From contig JBNGDF010000029.1 in assembly GCA_049975265.1 (NCBI GenBank), forward strand, positions 1 through 29,564: a stretch of DNA of 29,564 nt, in the 5' to 3' direction. The translations under genes were made by a program, and so were the position numbers. Numbering within the stretch: the first letter of the stretch is position 1; each line of letters begins with the position of its first letter. This DNA is from Fidelibacterota bacterium (GTDB lineage Bacteria > Fidelibacterota > UBA2242). Below the pieces are notes generated by a model, which saw only the letters and a list, made by a program, of their open reading frames with translations, did no database searches and was not told the DNA's origin. This document shows positions 8,455 through 17,740 of this stretch, one piece after another.

Positions 8455-10062
8455 GTGAAAAAGAAACTGCGATGGGTGACAATTCCCGGTATTTTGATGG
8501 TGGTAATCGGGCTGCTGGTCTCCCTGTCACCTTTGGGGCGGAAGATTGCCGCCAACGGCAATGATCTATTTTTGAAACTTAAGGTATTGAATGATATTAT
8601 CGGAATCGTAAATGACTATTATGTGGATGTGCCCGACTGGGACGAGGTAATGGAGGGTGCCTATTCTGGGCTGCTGGAGCAGCTGGACCCCCATTCGTTT
8701 TACATTGAGAAGAAGGAATTATCGGGAATAAACGAAGAGTTCACCGGGAAATTTGAAGGAATCGGCATCGAATTTGATGTACTCGACGGATATATCACCG
8801 TTATTTCACCGGTTGCCGGGGCACCGGCGGAAAAGGTCGGTCTGAAGGTAGGCGATAAAATCGTCAGAATCGACGGTGAATCGGCGTATAAAATCAAGCG
8901 GGAAGATGTATCAAAAAAACTGCGGGGTCCCAAGGGAACGGCGGTTGAAGTGACCATTCGGCGCAAGGGTGTCGAGGATTTTGACGTCACGATTATTCGG
9001 GATGAGATTCCGCTCTACAGTGTTTCGGCGGCTTTCATGATCGATGACAGCACCGCCTATATTTTCGTCAACCGCTTCAGCGGTACCACGAGTGATGAGG
9101 TGCGTGAGGCGTTGGCGCGTTTAGCATCCGTAGGAATGACGCGATTGATTTTGGATTTGCGAAATAATAGCGGCGGCTTGATGGATCAGGCGATCGAGAT
9201 TTCCGATCTGTTCATCGAAGGTCGCAAGATGATTGTATACACCCAGGGACGCATCCGGGGTGCCAACGAAGAATTTTACTCCGGCAGAATCGACGGCTAT
9301 GAAAACATCCCCATTGTGGTTCTGTTGAATCGCGGCTCTGCCAGCGCCAGTGAAATCGTTGCCGGTGCCATACAGGATCATGACCGCGGCTTGATTGTCG
9401 GCGAGACCAGTTTCGGCAAGGGGCTTGTGCAGCGGCAGTACCCGCTGCGGGACGGCTCGGCGATCCGCCTGACAGTAGCCCGCTATTATACTCCCAGCGG
9501 TCGGTTGATTCAGCGCGCCTATGATGGTACGCTGGAGGACTACTATAAAGATTTGTATGAGGAAAACCGGGATTCACTGCTGGCAGAGGAGGATTCACTG
9601 GAAGGTCGACCGCAATATCAGACAGACGCTGGTCGGATTGTCTACGGCGGCGGCGGGATCACTCCCGACTACCATGTGAAATATGAACAGGATCTCTCCC
9701 GCGATACATATAAATTGTTACGGCATCCATCGCGGGTGCTTTTTGAATATACGAGCCAGACGGCAGAAGAGTATAAGCGTTACAAGAATAAAAAAGAGCG
9801 GTTTATCAGCAAGTTTGAGATAAGCGATAAAGATTTTGAGGAGTTTCTCGAAATGGCGCGCAGCAAAGCGATTGCAGTAGACGACGAAAAAATTCGCAAG
9901 GATGCCGGGTATATCAAAATGATGCTGAAAGCAGAACTGGCGCGGGAGTTCTGGGGTTATGACGAGTACTACAAGGTTTTACGTCTCCATGACAATCAGG
10001 TGGAGGCGGCTGGTCAATATCTGGAAGAGGCGCGCCAAATGCTTGTGGGAACAACACGTTAA
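8455..10062 (+). CDS. ctpA: S41A C-terminal processing protease (PDZ plus Ser/Lys dyad) with N-terminal membrane anchor
   Basis: Start placed at in-frame GTG 8455 (AAGGA 7 nt upstream; ATG 8416 is an alternative). LDPHS, PDZ 'FEGIGI..', DLRNNSGG, GSASASEIVAGAIQD, GETSFGKGLVQ, ARYYTPSGR, GGITPD. Confidence 0.92.
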   Translation: MKKKLRWVTIPGILMVVIGLLVSLSPLGRKIAANGNDLFLKLKVLNDIIGIVNDYYVDVPDWDEVMEGAYSGLLEQLDPHSFYIEKKELSGINEEFTGKFEGIGIEFDVLDGYITVISPVAGAPAEKVGLKVGDKIVRIDGESAYKIKREDVSKKLRGPKGTAVEVTIRRKGVEDFDVTIIRDEIPLYSVSAAFMIDDSTAYIFVNRFSGTTSDEVREALARLASVGMTRLILDLRNNSGGLMDQAIEISDLFIEGRKMIVYTQGRIRGANEEFYSGRIDGYENIPIVVLLNRGSASASEIVAGAIQDHDRGLIVGETSFGKGLVQRQYPLRDGSAIRLTVARYYTPSGRLIQRAYDGTLEDYYKDLYEENRDSLLAEEDSLEGRPQYQTDAGRIVYGGGGITPDYHVKYEQDLSRDTYKLLRHPSRVLFEYTSQTAEEYKRYKNKKERFISKFEISDKDFEEFLEMARSKAIAVDDEKIRKDAGYIKMMLKAELAREFWGYDEYYKVLRLHDNQVEAAGQYLEEARQMLVGTTR

Positions 10063-10085
10063 AACGTTTCTCGTCGATAATAATG

Positions 10086-10114
10086 TTGACTTTTTGGAAT
10101 TATAGATGTAAAAT
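10086..10114 (+). promoter_or_regulatory. Sigma-70-type promoter for the exbB-exbD-exbD-tonB operon
   Basis: TTGACT (10086-10091) - 17 bp - TAAAAT (10109-10114); RBS GGAGG precedes ATG 10166. Confidence 0.7.
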
Positions 10115-10165
10115 TGTTAGCAATTTAACAGGTATTGAGTGAAACAGAATGGAGGATAATTTCTA

Positions 10166-10783
10166 ATGTTAATTGATCTTTTCAATCAAGGTGGGATTTT
10201 CATGTGGCCGATTTTGGTGCTGTTTGTTTTTGGTCTGATGATCTGCCTGGAAAGGGTGTATACCCTCTCGAAAGCATCTTTTACCACCAAACGGTTTATT
10301 CCAAAATTAAAACAGGCTTTGGAAGAGGATGGAGTCGCCGCTGCACTGAAGGTATGTGAAGAGACCCCCGGTCCGATTGCGGAAATCTTTCACGCCGGTT
10401 TATCCCGTGCCGACAAGGGTATTGAAGCGGTTGAGAAATCGATCGAAGCAGCCGGCTCCGTTGAAATGGCATTCCTTGAGAAGGGGATGATCTGGCTGGC
10501 GACGGTGATCACCGTCGCGCCGATGCTGGGTTTTACCGGAACGGTCTCCGGTATGGTCAGCGCCTTCCAGGACATTGCCGCTGCCAATAACATCTCTCCG
10601 GCGATTGTAGCCAGCGGTATTTCGGAAGCCCTGTTGACCACGCTGTTTGGACTGATTGTGGCTATGATCATTCAGGTCTTTTACAATCTGTTTACCGCCC
10701 GGGTGGACAGTATCGTTGTTGACATGGAAGAAAACTCTATCAATTTAATTGATACTTTGACGAGTATTCAAACCAAGAAATAA
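10166..10783 (+). CDS. exbB: MotA/TolQ/ExbB proton channel protein
   Basis: GGIFMWPI, LEKGMIWLATVITVAPMLGFTGTVSGM, GISEALLTTLFGLIVA; three TM helices. Confidence 0.93.
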   Translation: MLIDLFNQGGIFMWPILVLFVFGLMICLERVYTLSKASFTTKRFIPKLKQALEEDGVAAALKVCEETPGPIAEIFHAGLSRADKGIEAVEKSIEAAGSVEMAFLEKGMIWLATVITVAPMLGFTGTVSGMVSAFQDIAAANNISPAIVASGISEALLTTLFGLIVAMIIQVFYNLFTARVDSIVVDMEENSINLIDTLTSIQTKK

Positions 10784-10795
10784 GAGCTGCGGATT

Positions 10796-11191
10796 ATGAG
10801 CTTATTGAAGAATAAAGGTGTGCGTGAAGCCGAGATGCCATCGGGCTCACTGGCGGATATCGCCTTTTTGCTGCTGATCTTTTTCCTGCTGTCCACCACC
10901 ATTGATATGGATAAAGGAATTGGCATCGTTCTGCCGGCTGAGGGTGGTGAGATTGAAATGTCCAGCCAGAATATCACCAATATTTTAATAGACGCCAGGG
11001 GCTCTATTTTGATGGACGAGCGAGAGGTGGAACTGCATGAGATTAAAGGAATCGTGGAAAATCTCCAGATGCAGAATCCCAAAATGGTTTTCTCCGTGAA
11101 AGCGCACCCCCGCACGAAGTATAAAACCTATATCGAAGTACTGGATCAGCTGAAGCAGGCGAATACCCGCGTTATTTCCATTGCCGAATAG
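10796..11191 (+). CDS. exbD: Biopolymer transporter ExbD/TolR (copy 1)
   Basis: TM helix with conserved Asp 'SLADIAFLLLIFFL'; C-terminal 'YIEVLDQLKQA'. Confidence 0.9.
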   Translation: MSLLKNKGVREAEMPSGSLADIAFLLLIFFLLSTTIDMDKGIGIVLPAEGGEIEMSSQNITNILIDARGSILMDEREVELHEIKGIVENLQMQNPKMVFSVKAHPRTKYKTYIEVLDQLKQANTRVISIAE

Positions 11192-11201
11192 TGAGGGAGA
11201 G

Positions 11202-11606
11202 ATGGAGTTTAAGAAAAAAAGTAAAATGAAAATCGCCATTCCGACAACGGCGATGCCGGATATTGTCTTTATGCTGATTTTCTTTTTTATGGTCTCTTCG
11301 GTATTGAGGACCCATGAAGGCTTAGCCGTTGTGCTGCCCAAAGCCAAGCAGATTGAGAAGCTGGAATCCCGGGTCCATGTGACCTATATCTGGGTGTCTA
11401 AAGACGGCATGATTTCTATCGATGGTCGCCTGTACCAGCCTCAGAGTATTCGGAATGTGATGTATGAAAAGAGGACCGCTGATCCCCAGTTGATTGTATC
11501 CATCCGAGCCGATGAGCTGGTGAATATGGAGTTGATGAGTAAAATTCACAAGGAATTACGTCTCGCGGATGCTTTGGCGGTCAACTATTCCACCAGAGCA
11601 ATGTAA
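11202..11606 (+). CDS. exbD: Biopolymer transporter ExbD/TolR (copy 2)
   Basis: Start ATG 11202 after GAGGGAG; 'AMPDIVFMLIFFFMV'; 'SIRAD'. Confidence 0.9.
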   Translation: MEFKKKSKMKIAIPTTAMPDIVFMLIFFFMVSSVLRTHEGLAVVLPKAKQIEKLESRVHVTYIWVSKDGMISIDGRLYQPQSIRNVMYEKRTADPQLIVSIRADELVNMELMSKIHKELRLADALAVNYSTRAM

Positions 11607-11619
11607 GGACAGGAAAACG

Positions 11620-12285
11620 ATGATTATCAGACAAAATCCCGAGGTTAGTCTCAAATTGAAATACCCCTTAATATTGCGGATTAGTTTAGTCGTTACTCTG
11701 TTACTGATGATTATGATGTTCGCCTTGATCCCCAAATCCGGTGAGGGGGAACGCACGGCGAATGAGATTCGGATTGAGATCGAAACGGTTGACATTCCGG
11801 TGGTTGAGCAGCAGATGGAAGCCGCCAAACCGCCTTCCCGCCCCTCCATTCCCATCGAAGTCGAAAATGACGATCTACTGGATGATGTCACCATTGAGAT
11901 GAGCACCGATATCTCCGACTATCAGGCGTGGGAAGCGCCGCCGCCGCCGCCGGAGGAAGACGAGAGCGGTCCGCGGGTGCGCTTTATTCCCTATGATGAA
12001 CCGCCGGAGCCTTTGGGCGGATTTGCCGCGATTCAGCGCAACGTAAAATATCCCGAGATCGCTCAGGAAGCGGGTATCGAAGGTACGGTGGTGGTCCAGG
12101 CGTTTGTCAATGAATTCGGTCGGGTGACCGACTGTGTCGTTCTGAAAGGTGTGCCCAATACCGGTCTGGATGAAGCCGCTATCGAAGCAATTAAAAAGAC
12201 CAAATTCAAACCCGCCAAGCAGCGTGACCGCAACGTAGGCGTGTATATCTCAATACCGGTTATTTTTAAATTGCAGACGAATTAA
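11620..12285 (+). CDS. tonB: Energy transducer TonB
   Basis: Start ATG 11620 (AGGA upstream). Single TM, Pro-rich acidic linker (PPSRPSIP, APPPPPEE), TonB C-terminal domain 'YPEIAQEAGIEGTVVVQAFVNEFGRV...LDEAAIEA...FKPAKQ...PVIFKL'. Confidence 0.92.
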   Translation: MIIRQNPEVSLKLKYPLILRISLVVTLLLMIMMFALIPKSGEGERTANEIRIEIETVDIPVVEQQMEAAKPPSRPSIPIEVENDDLLDDVTIEMSTDISDYQAWEAPPPPPEEDESGPRVRFIPYDEPPEPLGGFAAIQRNVKYPEIAQEAGIEGTVVVQAFVNEFGRVTDCVVLKGVPNTGLDEAAIEAIKKTKFKPAKQRDRNVGVYISIPVIFKLQTN

Positions 12286-12314
12286 TTTTCGATTTTACCA
12301 ATATGATAACAGAT

Positions 12315-12342
12315 AAAATGCAGTGGTCAACCACTGCATTTT
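12315..12342. terminator. Bidirectional intrinsic terminator between tonB and the converging sprA operon
   Basis: Perfect inverted repeat AAAATGCAGTGG-TCAA-CCACTGCATTTT with A/T tails on both sides, between convergent stop codons at 12285 and 12399. Confidence 0.85.
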
Positions 12343-12398
12343 GCATTTCAAAGAGAAGCCGTCCGGATTATTTCCAGCATGGTGAATTGTCAGTGCTC

Positions 12399-13295
12399 TC
12401 AGGGTCGGTAGCTGATGGTCAGAATGTGAGGATTGTTCAGACCAGAGGGCATGAAAAGGTAGGCGTAATCGATGCAAAACCGCTCTCTCTTAATCCCGAA
12501 ACCGAGGGATTGGCGATTGATCGAACCGATATGGGAAAAGCCACCCCGCAATATCAACATATTCCGAAAATCCAGTTCGATTCCGGCGGATGCCAGAGAT
12601 TCACTGGAAATCAGGTGAGCGCCCAAATCCAGACCGATGCGGGCGTTCAAGTTTTCGCCCTCGAATAATTCAGGACGGACCATGCCAATGGTCAGCATGG
12701 CAGGCAACACGTTGGTATCTTTGTCGGCATGCAGCCTACCGACATTTTTCAGGGCAATCGACATATCCAGCATACTGGGAGCATCCCAGCGCACGGCGAA
12801 ATCGAAAGCCATTCCGTAGTCGCTGTAGGTATAGAGATGTTCGTGGAGATATTTACCGGTGGCGCCGATCAGGATATTGGTCACTGGTGACCAGCTGTAC
12901 GCCACGGCAGCGGCGATATACTGCGGTTCCACGGCGGCTAGTGGCTCCGCGCTGGGTGTCTCCCGGATTTCAACGCCCGGGATGCGGACGTAATTCAGCC
13001 CAAACCCAAGCGAAGATTTTTTTATGGGAATCGAAAAAGCCAGTGCGTCCATGCTGATATCGGCAAACCAGAAGTGATGAGACAGTGCAAATGTGACACT
13101 CTCCGCCATGATTCCCACCGGGTTTTCAAAAATCGCCAGCGGTGATCGGGCAGACGGAGAAAAGACACCCACTGATGCCGCCGAGGCGGCAGACGATGAT
13201 ATCCGCAGAAAGGACATACCGCTGTTGGTCAATTCCGCCTGAACGATTATCGTAGCGGACAGCAGGATTGATATAGTCAAGATTTTGTATTTCAT
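12399..13295 (-). CDS. PorV/PorQ-family (FadL-like/UPF0164) outer-membrane beta-barrel, divergent paralog
   Basis: Signal peptide; 'SFLRISSSAASAASVG' and 'IFENPVGI' correspond to the family motifs FLxIxxxARxxAMG and NPAGL; amphipathic strands; 'IDYAY...HILTISY' C-terminus. Confidence 0.75.
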   Translation of the reverse strand: MKYKILTISILLSATIIVQAELTNSGMSFLRISSSAASAASVGVFSPSARSPLAIFENPVGIMAESVTFALSHHFWFADISMDALAFSIPIKKSSLGFGLNYVRIPGVEIRETPSAEPLAAVEPQYIAAAVAYSWSPVTNILIGATGKYLHEHLYTYSDYGMAFDFAVRWDAPSMLDMSIALKNVGRLHADKDTNVLPAMLTIGMVRPELFEGENLNARIGLDLGAHLISSESLASAGIELDFRNMLILRGGFSHIGSINRQSLGFGIKRERFCIDYAYLFMPSGLNNPHILTISYRP

Positions 13296-13309
13296 GGTAG
13301 TTCCAAAGG

Positions 13310-14245
13310 TTAGAATTTGAATTCCCAGGAGAAGACATGCGTGCTGCCTTCCCCGACCAGTCCGATCAGGGCGCTGTAATCGATCTGGGTGCGGATGTTA
13401 TTTAGAAAACCGTACGCCAGTCCGAGCCCGAAGGTGGGATTCTCGTTATCGATTCCCATGCGCAGATATAAGATGTCACCAACGAGATACTCTCCCCCGA
13501 AATGTGCCCGGTAATCCTGTTTGTCGGAGATTTCAAAATCCCCGCTGAAACAGAAACCCTGGTCGTGGCGGTAGGCGAGACCGATTTTCAGAATCTGGGG
13601 AAACACTTCCGTATAGTTGCCGCCCTGTTCTCCAAAAAGGTCGTGGGTGTTCCAGGTGTAGCTGGCGCCCATATCCTTGAATAAAATGCCCAGCGTGACC
13701 CTTTCAAAGGGTTTCAGCAATATGCCAAGATCAAAGCCAAGCCCGCTGCCGGTCAGCCCAAGAAGCGAGTGATTGAGAATTTTAAAGTTCAAACCGACAG
13801 AGATACGGCGATGGAAGGCATTGGAAAAGGAGAGAAAGATGACATTTTCGCCGGTTTCATATGTCTCGTCGGGAAGCCCTGTCGAGGTGCGTCCCTGAAT
13901 GTCGGTAACGCCGGCATGCATCCAGGCTACGGATATTCCGGCGGAAGGCTTCAACGGCAGCGCTAGTCCGACGTAGTGGAGCTGACGGTCCAGGCTTAAA
14001 AAATAGTAGGTCAGCGAGAGGTGGCGGTCCTTTAGGTAGGACAGACCGGCGGGATTGTAATAAGCAGCGAATCCGTTTTCGCTGTCTGCGACGCCGGAAT
14101 TGCCCATTGCCAGCGACCGCGCTCCCAGTCCCATCCGTAAAAAGGCGCCGGCGTATCCGGCATTGTCACCGGTTTCCGCGCCAGTGAGGGTAAACAGGCA
14201 GATGGCGAAAGCGATGATTTTATATCGGTTTGACAGCAACTTCAT
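13310..14245 (-). CDS. PorV/PorQ-family outer-membrane beta-barrel
   Basis: 'AFLRMGLGARSLAMG', 'YYNPAGL', 'GFDLG', 'IDYS', C-terminal 'HVFSWEFKF' with terminal Phe; ATGA overlap with the upstream gene. Confidence 0.85.
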   Translation of the reverse strand: MKLLSNRYKIIAFAICLFTLTGAETGDNAGYAGAFLRMGLGARSLAMGNSGVADSENGFAAYYNPAGLSYLKDRHLSLTYYFLSLDRQLHYVGLALPLKPSAGISVAWMHAGVTDIQGRTSTGLPDETYETGENVIFLSFSNAFHRRISVGLNFKILNHSLLGLTGSGLGFDLGILLKPFERVTLGILFKDMGASYTWNTHDLFGEQGGNYTEVFPQILKIGLAYRHDQGFCFSGDFEISDKQDYRAHFGGEYLVGDILYLRMGIDNENPTFGLGLAYGFLNNIRTQIDYSALIGLVGEGSTHVFSWEFKF

Positions 14246-15828
14246 TTTACTACAATTAATTTAGTCCAGTACTCTTTTTCCGTATCGTTGATTTTTGTGG
14301 TTAATTTGCAAAAATAGGTGCCGTTGGCGACGATGTCACCGGCTTTGTTGCGTCCGTTCCAGCTCTCACTGTTATCGCCGGTGTGGACAATGTAGCGAGG
14401 CTCACCCTTGTAGACGCGGTTCATGGCAAAATCGAAGACCTCCAGTTTGACGGTGGCGGGGCTCTCAAGATGGTATTGAATCCGGACGTGCCCGTCCCCG
14501 TCGACATAATTATGAAAGCTCGGAGCAAAGGGATTCGGATAGGCATAGATGGGTGGTTGCCCCGGACGACTCGTGGAGAGAAACTGGCGATAGATGGTCC
14601 AGTTAATACCGTCATCGGTGGTTTTGGCGATTCCGTCGGACGAACCCAGCCATAGGTAGGGCAATCCCTGGCGCCGGTCAACGAGTGCGGCATACACGTC
14701 TTCGGAGTAGATATTTTCTCCCTTTTCGGCGTCGAAAGGCGGGGCGTAGAGCGCCCAGTTTTCACCGTCAATGGATTTGAAGAGCCCGCGTTCGGTACAG
14801 ACATAGATTGTCGGACCGTCAAAAGCAAAATTGTAGACCCGCTCACCGATCAGCGTCCGGCTCCAGGTTAATCCGCCGTTGCCGGTTTTATTGACCGCCT
14901 GAATCTGACCGCTCTCATCGGTGGTCAGTGCGCCGACCCAAATCGTCTCCTGCCCGTTGTAGTATTGGCGGGCGATGGCAATGATGAAATTACCGGAAAG
15001 GTTCGAATTCCGGGCATTGAATTTCTGCCAGCGGATGCAGTCGTCGGATTCGATGATTCCCAGATTCACACCATCGGCGGTGCCTACCCAGACAGTATCG
15101 CCGTAGGTAAGGACACTGAAACCTTTGTGATTGTGATTACCGTGTTGAGCGGGATCGCGGGGATCGATTTTAAAATCAATCTCATCACTGCAGAGGAGGT
15201 AGTCCAGATCATCGCTGGGCAGCGGCAGACGCTGCCAGGTTTTCCCAAAATCACAGCTGCGCCGGATCCCGCCCGCCCAACTGGTGATATAAACCCAGAC
15301 GGAATCGGGTGCGATTCGGCTGATGGCAATATCCCAGGTGGTATTGCTGACCGCCGTGGTGACAGGCAGATATTTAATCGTGTCGCCGTTCCAGACACCG
15401 GTGCTGTCGCCGCGCGTGTCCACCGGCTGATGCAGATAGGTCCAGCTCTGTCCATAATTTTTTGAATACGCCAGACCACCGCCGGTCTGCATGGAGCCTT
15501 CGACGGTGGTGGAGTCAAACACACCCGCGACGAAGATAATCGAATCAAGGACCGCAATGGCGGAAATGCCCCCTTTTGGTAAATTGCCGGCAGCGGAGTA
15601 ATAGGTGTAAAACGTCTCACCGAAATCGTCTGTTTTGCTCAGCCCGCCGCCGGTGGCATACCATATCAGCGAATCGCCCTGGGAAACGATCTGAGTGACA
15701 CCATTACCGCCAAGCCCCTCGTAAACCACCGAACTGTCGTTTAAAAAGGGTTTTGACAGCCGGAATGCCTGAGCAAAAAGAGTGCAGGACAGGAGGAGCA
15801 TAATGGTTATAAGACGTCGTTGGTTCAT
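14242..15828 (-). CDS. Secreted Asp-box (BNR) beta-propeller protein with C-terminal FlgD-Ig/T9SS type-A-like sorting domain
   Basis: Six Asp-box-like motifs (KTDDFGETF, SKNYGQSW, SCDFGKTW, TGNGGLTW, SIDGENW, TTDDGINW). CTD 'YAYPNPF...VKLEVFD..MNRV...WNGRNKAGDIVANGTYFCKL...TKLIVVK'. Confidence 0.85.
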   Translation of the reverse strand: MNQRRLITIMLLLSCTLFAQAFRLSKPFLNDSSVVYEGLGGNGVTQIVSQGDSLIWYATGGGLSKTDDFGETFYTYYSAAGNLPKGGISAIAVLDSIIFVAGVFDSTTVEGSMQTGGGLAYSKNYGQSWTYLHQPVDTRGDSTGVWNGDTIKYLPVTTAVSNTTWDIAISRIAPDSVWVYITSWAGGIRRSCDFGKTWQRLPLPSDDLDYLLCSDEIDFKIDPRDPAQHGNHNHKGFSVLTYGDTVWVGTADGVNLGIIESDDCIRWQKFNARNSNLSGNFIIAIARQYYNGQETIWVGALTTDESGQIQAVNKTGNGGLTWSRTLIGERVYNFAFDGPTIYVCTERGLFKSIDGENWALYAPPFDAEKGENIYSEDVYAALVDRRQGLPYLWLGSSDGIAKTTDDGINWTIYRQFLSTSRPGQPPIYAYPNPFAPSFHNYVDGDGHVRIQYHLESPATVKLEVFDFAMNRVYKGEPRYIVHTGDNSESWNGRNKAGDIVANGTYFCKLTTKINDTEKEYWTKLIVVK

Positions 15829-16895
15829 GGCGATATACTGAAATTGTTGTCGCTGATGTCGGAGCGATTCGGGTTGGTGGGATCAAAGATTTTAATTCTG
15901 CATTCCGTAGAGCGTCTGGCTGGGACGGTCCAGTCGTAGGCGCCAAGCGCCGCCGCGGTGGTCGTAATGGTTGTGTATTCCGGTGTCGCCGCATTGGCGT
16001 TGACGGTATACTGAATCGTGACCTGATTGATGTAGGCGCTCTCCCACTCAATCGTATAGGTTTGATTATATGTAAGTGTAACGGCATAATCGGGTGCCGT
16101 AAGATGGACTCCGGGATTGATCAGGGTTCTTTTCAGGGTGTCGCTGACCGCGCCGTGAATGTCCTCGGCATAGAAGTAAAAGACGAAGTCTCCCTGCAGA
16201 GTACTGTTGGCCTTTGTCGGAATGGTAATGGTGAAAATGCCGTCGCCGGCGATTTCGTCGCCCCATCCGCCGGACGCCGGCCCCTCATCGGACAGAAAGA
16301 AGCTTGGATCGGTTTTATAGGTGCCATCGGGTTGTAACGCGTGGAAAAGAACCGAGCCAATGTCCTGATAACCCTGGGGATCGGTGACGCGGATTTTGAA
16401 TATAACAAATTCACCTTTCTCGAAAGATCGCGGAATCTCCAGCGGGTAAAGCACCGGCGGGCTGTTGGGAGATACCAGCGCCTCCTGTTCCTCGATAGAA
16501 CTGCTGTTGCCGTCTTCGTCAAAAGCCTGAACGCTGACCCGGTAATATCCGTCATTATTTGCCAGCCGGGTGGAATCAATCAGGCAGGAGAAAACGCCGT
16601 CATACCTGATGATATCCAGCGGTGGTCCGGTATCATAGAGATAGCCGCTGCGAAACAGCTCTTCAGCAGTGGAATAAACGGAATCCCGCCGGTAAAGATA
16701 GTATACCACCGAGTCCACGGTTTCAATTCCCTGGGGATCAAACACTTCGACAGCCATAAACAGCGACTTATTCAACTGGGAATAGTTCAGAGAAACCGAT
16801 TCAATTACCGGATCGGTGTACAGCTCCTCCTGGGTCGTTTTGACACAGGCAACCGTAGTGAGAAGGATTCCGATTAATACAAGGACATGTTTCAT
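15825..16895 (-). CDS. Lipoprotein with two choice-of-anchor-X-like Ig domains and a C-terminal Ser/Thr-rich Ig-like domain
   Basis: Start ATG 16895 overlaps the prmA stop (ATGA). MKHVLVLIGILLTTVA-C. Internal repeat 'VEVFDPQG...LYDTG..DIIRYDGVFS' / 'IRVTDPQG...LSDEG...GDEIAGDGIFT'. Ends 'SDISDNNFSISP'. Confidence 0.75.
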   Translation of the reverse strand: MKHVLVLIGILLTTVACVKTTQEELYTDPVIESVSLNYSQLNKSLFMAVEVFDPQGIETVDSVVYYLYRRDSVYSTAEELFRSGYLYDTGPPLDIIRYDGVFSCLIDSTRLANNDGYYRVSVQAFDEDGNSSSIEEQEALVSPNSPPVLYPLEIPRSFEKGEFVIFKIRVTDPQGYQDIGSVLFHALQPDGTYKTDPSFFLSDEGPASGGWGDEIAGDGIFTITIPTKANSTLQGDFVFYFYAEDIHGAVSDTLKRTLINPGVHLTAPDYAVTLTYNQTYTIEWESAYINQVTIQYTVNANAATPEYTTITTTAAALGAYDWTVPARRSTECRIKIFDPTNPNRSDISDNNFSISP

Positions 16896-17740
16896 TTTTT
16901 CTCTGTCAGCAGTGCCACCCATTCATCCCGAAACAGCTCTTCTTTAATTATCAGGTCGTAATTTAGCACAGCAGACGTAAACATGTTATATTCATCTTTC
17001 AAAATACCGCTAAAAATGCAGGGTGGAATTTTACCATGTTTTACGATATTTTTCAACAACGCCAGGTTGGGCTTTTTTTCAATATTACTGAGAATTAAAT
17101 CGAATTGATACTTGTCATGTTTGGTTATATCACCAATCGTGAGAGTGAAACGGTCATGAATTCCGTTAAGTTCCAGCTGCCGGTGAAAATTCTCCACAAT
17201 GTCGGGATCGATGTCCCAGGCTTCCACGAAGCCGGCACCCAGTTTCAGCGCCGCAATGCTCAGTATTCCGCTGCCACAGCCGGCGTCCAGAACGGTTATG
17301 CCGGGGCGGATGGCTTTTTCCAGCAGCATTAATGCCATTTGCGTGGTGGCGTGCGTCCCGGTACCGAATGCCATACCGGGCTGAATGGCGATCCGGACGG
17401 CTTCGTTGCCCGTGTAGGTTTCCCAGGCGGGGAAGATGACGATTTTGGGACTGATGTGGATGGGCTTGAAGTACGCCTGCCAGTTGAGATGCCAGTCTTC
17501 GTTTTGCAGGAAATGGCGGGTGTATGAAATGGTTTCACCAGGGAAAAAATTTACCAGCCGGCGAATCCGGGCGCTGATCTGCTTCCGGTCACGGACATGA
17601 AAAAATGCTTCGATGGAATCATCTTTTTCCAGTATTCCGAGACAGGGCGGTTCGGACAGCAGCGCAATGAGAATCCCGGGATCGTAATCGCCCCGGGGAA
17701 ATTGGTAATACAGCCACTGTTTGGATTTACGGGTTGTCAT
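16892..17740 (-). CDS. prmA: Ribosomal protein L11 methyltransferase
   Basis: DWHLNWQAYFKPI, IQPGMAFGTGTHATT, SAM motif VLDAGCGSGILSI, DID, SNI, SGIL. Confidence 0.93.
   Translation of the reverse strand: MTTRKSKQWLYYQFPRGDYDPGILIALLSEPPCLGILEKDDSIEAFFHVRDRKQISARIRRLVNFFPGETISYTRHFLQNEDWHLNWQAYFKPIHISPKIVIFPAWETYTGNEAVRIAIQPGMAFGTGTHATTQMALMLLEKAIRPGITVLDAGCGSGILSIAALKLGAGFVEAWDIDPDIVENFHRQLELNGIHDRFTLTIGDITKHDKYQFDLILSNIEKKPNLALLKNIVKHGKIPPCIFSGILKDEYNMFTSAVLNYDLIIKEELFRDEWVALLTEKK

Noticed and set aside
10076..10094. Possible Fur box (GATAATAATG...) at the exbB promoter
   Set aside because: Only the left half resembles the consensus; no palindrome.
11938..11952. (CCG)5 repeat in tonB as a phase-variation tract
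   Set aside because: In-frame polyproline linker, normal for TonB.
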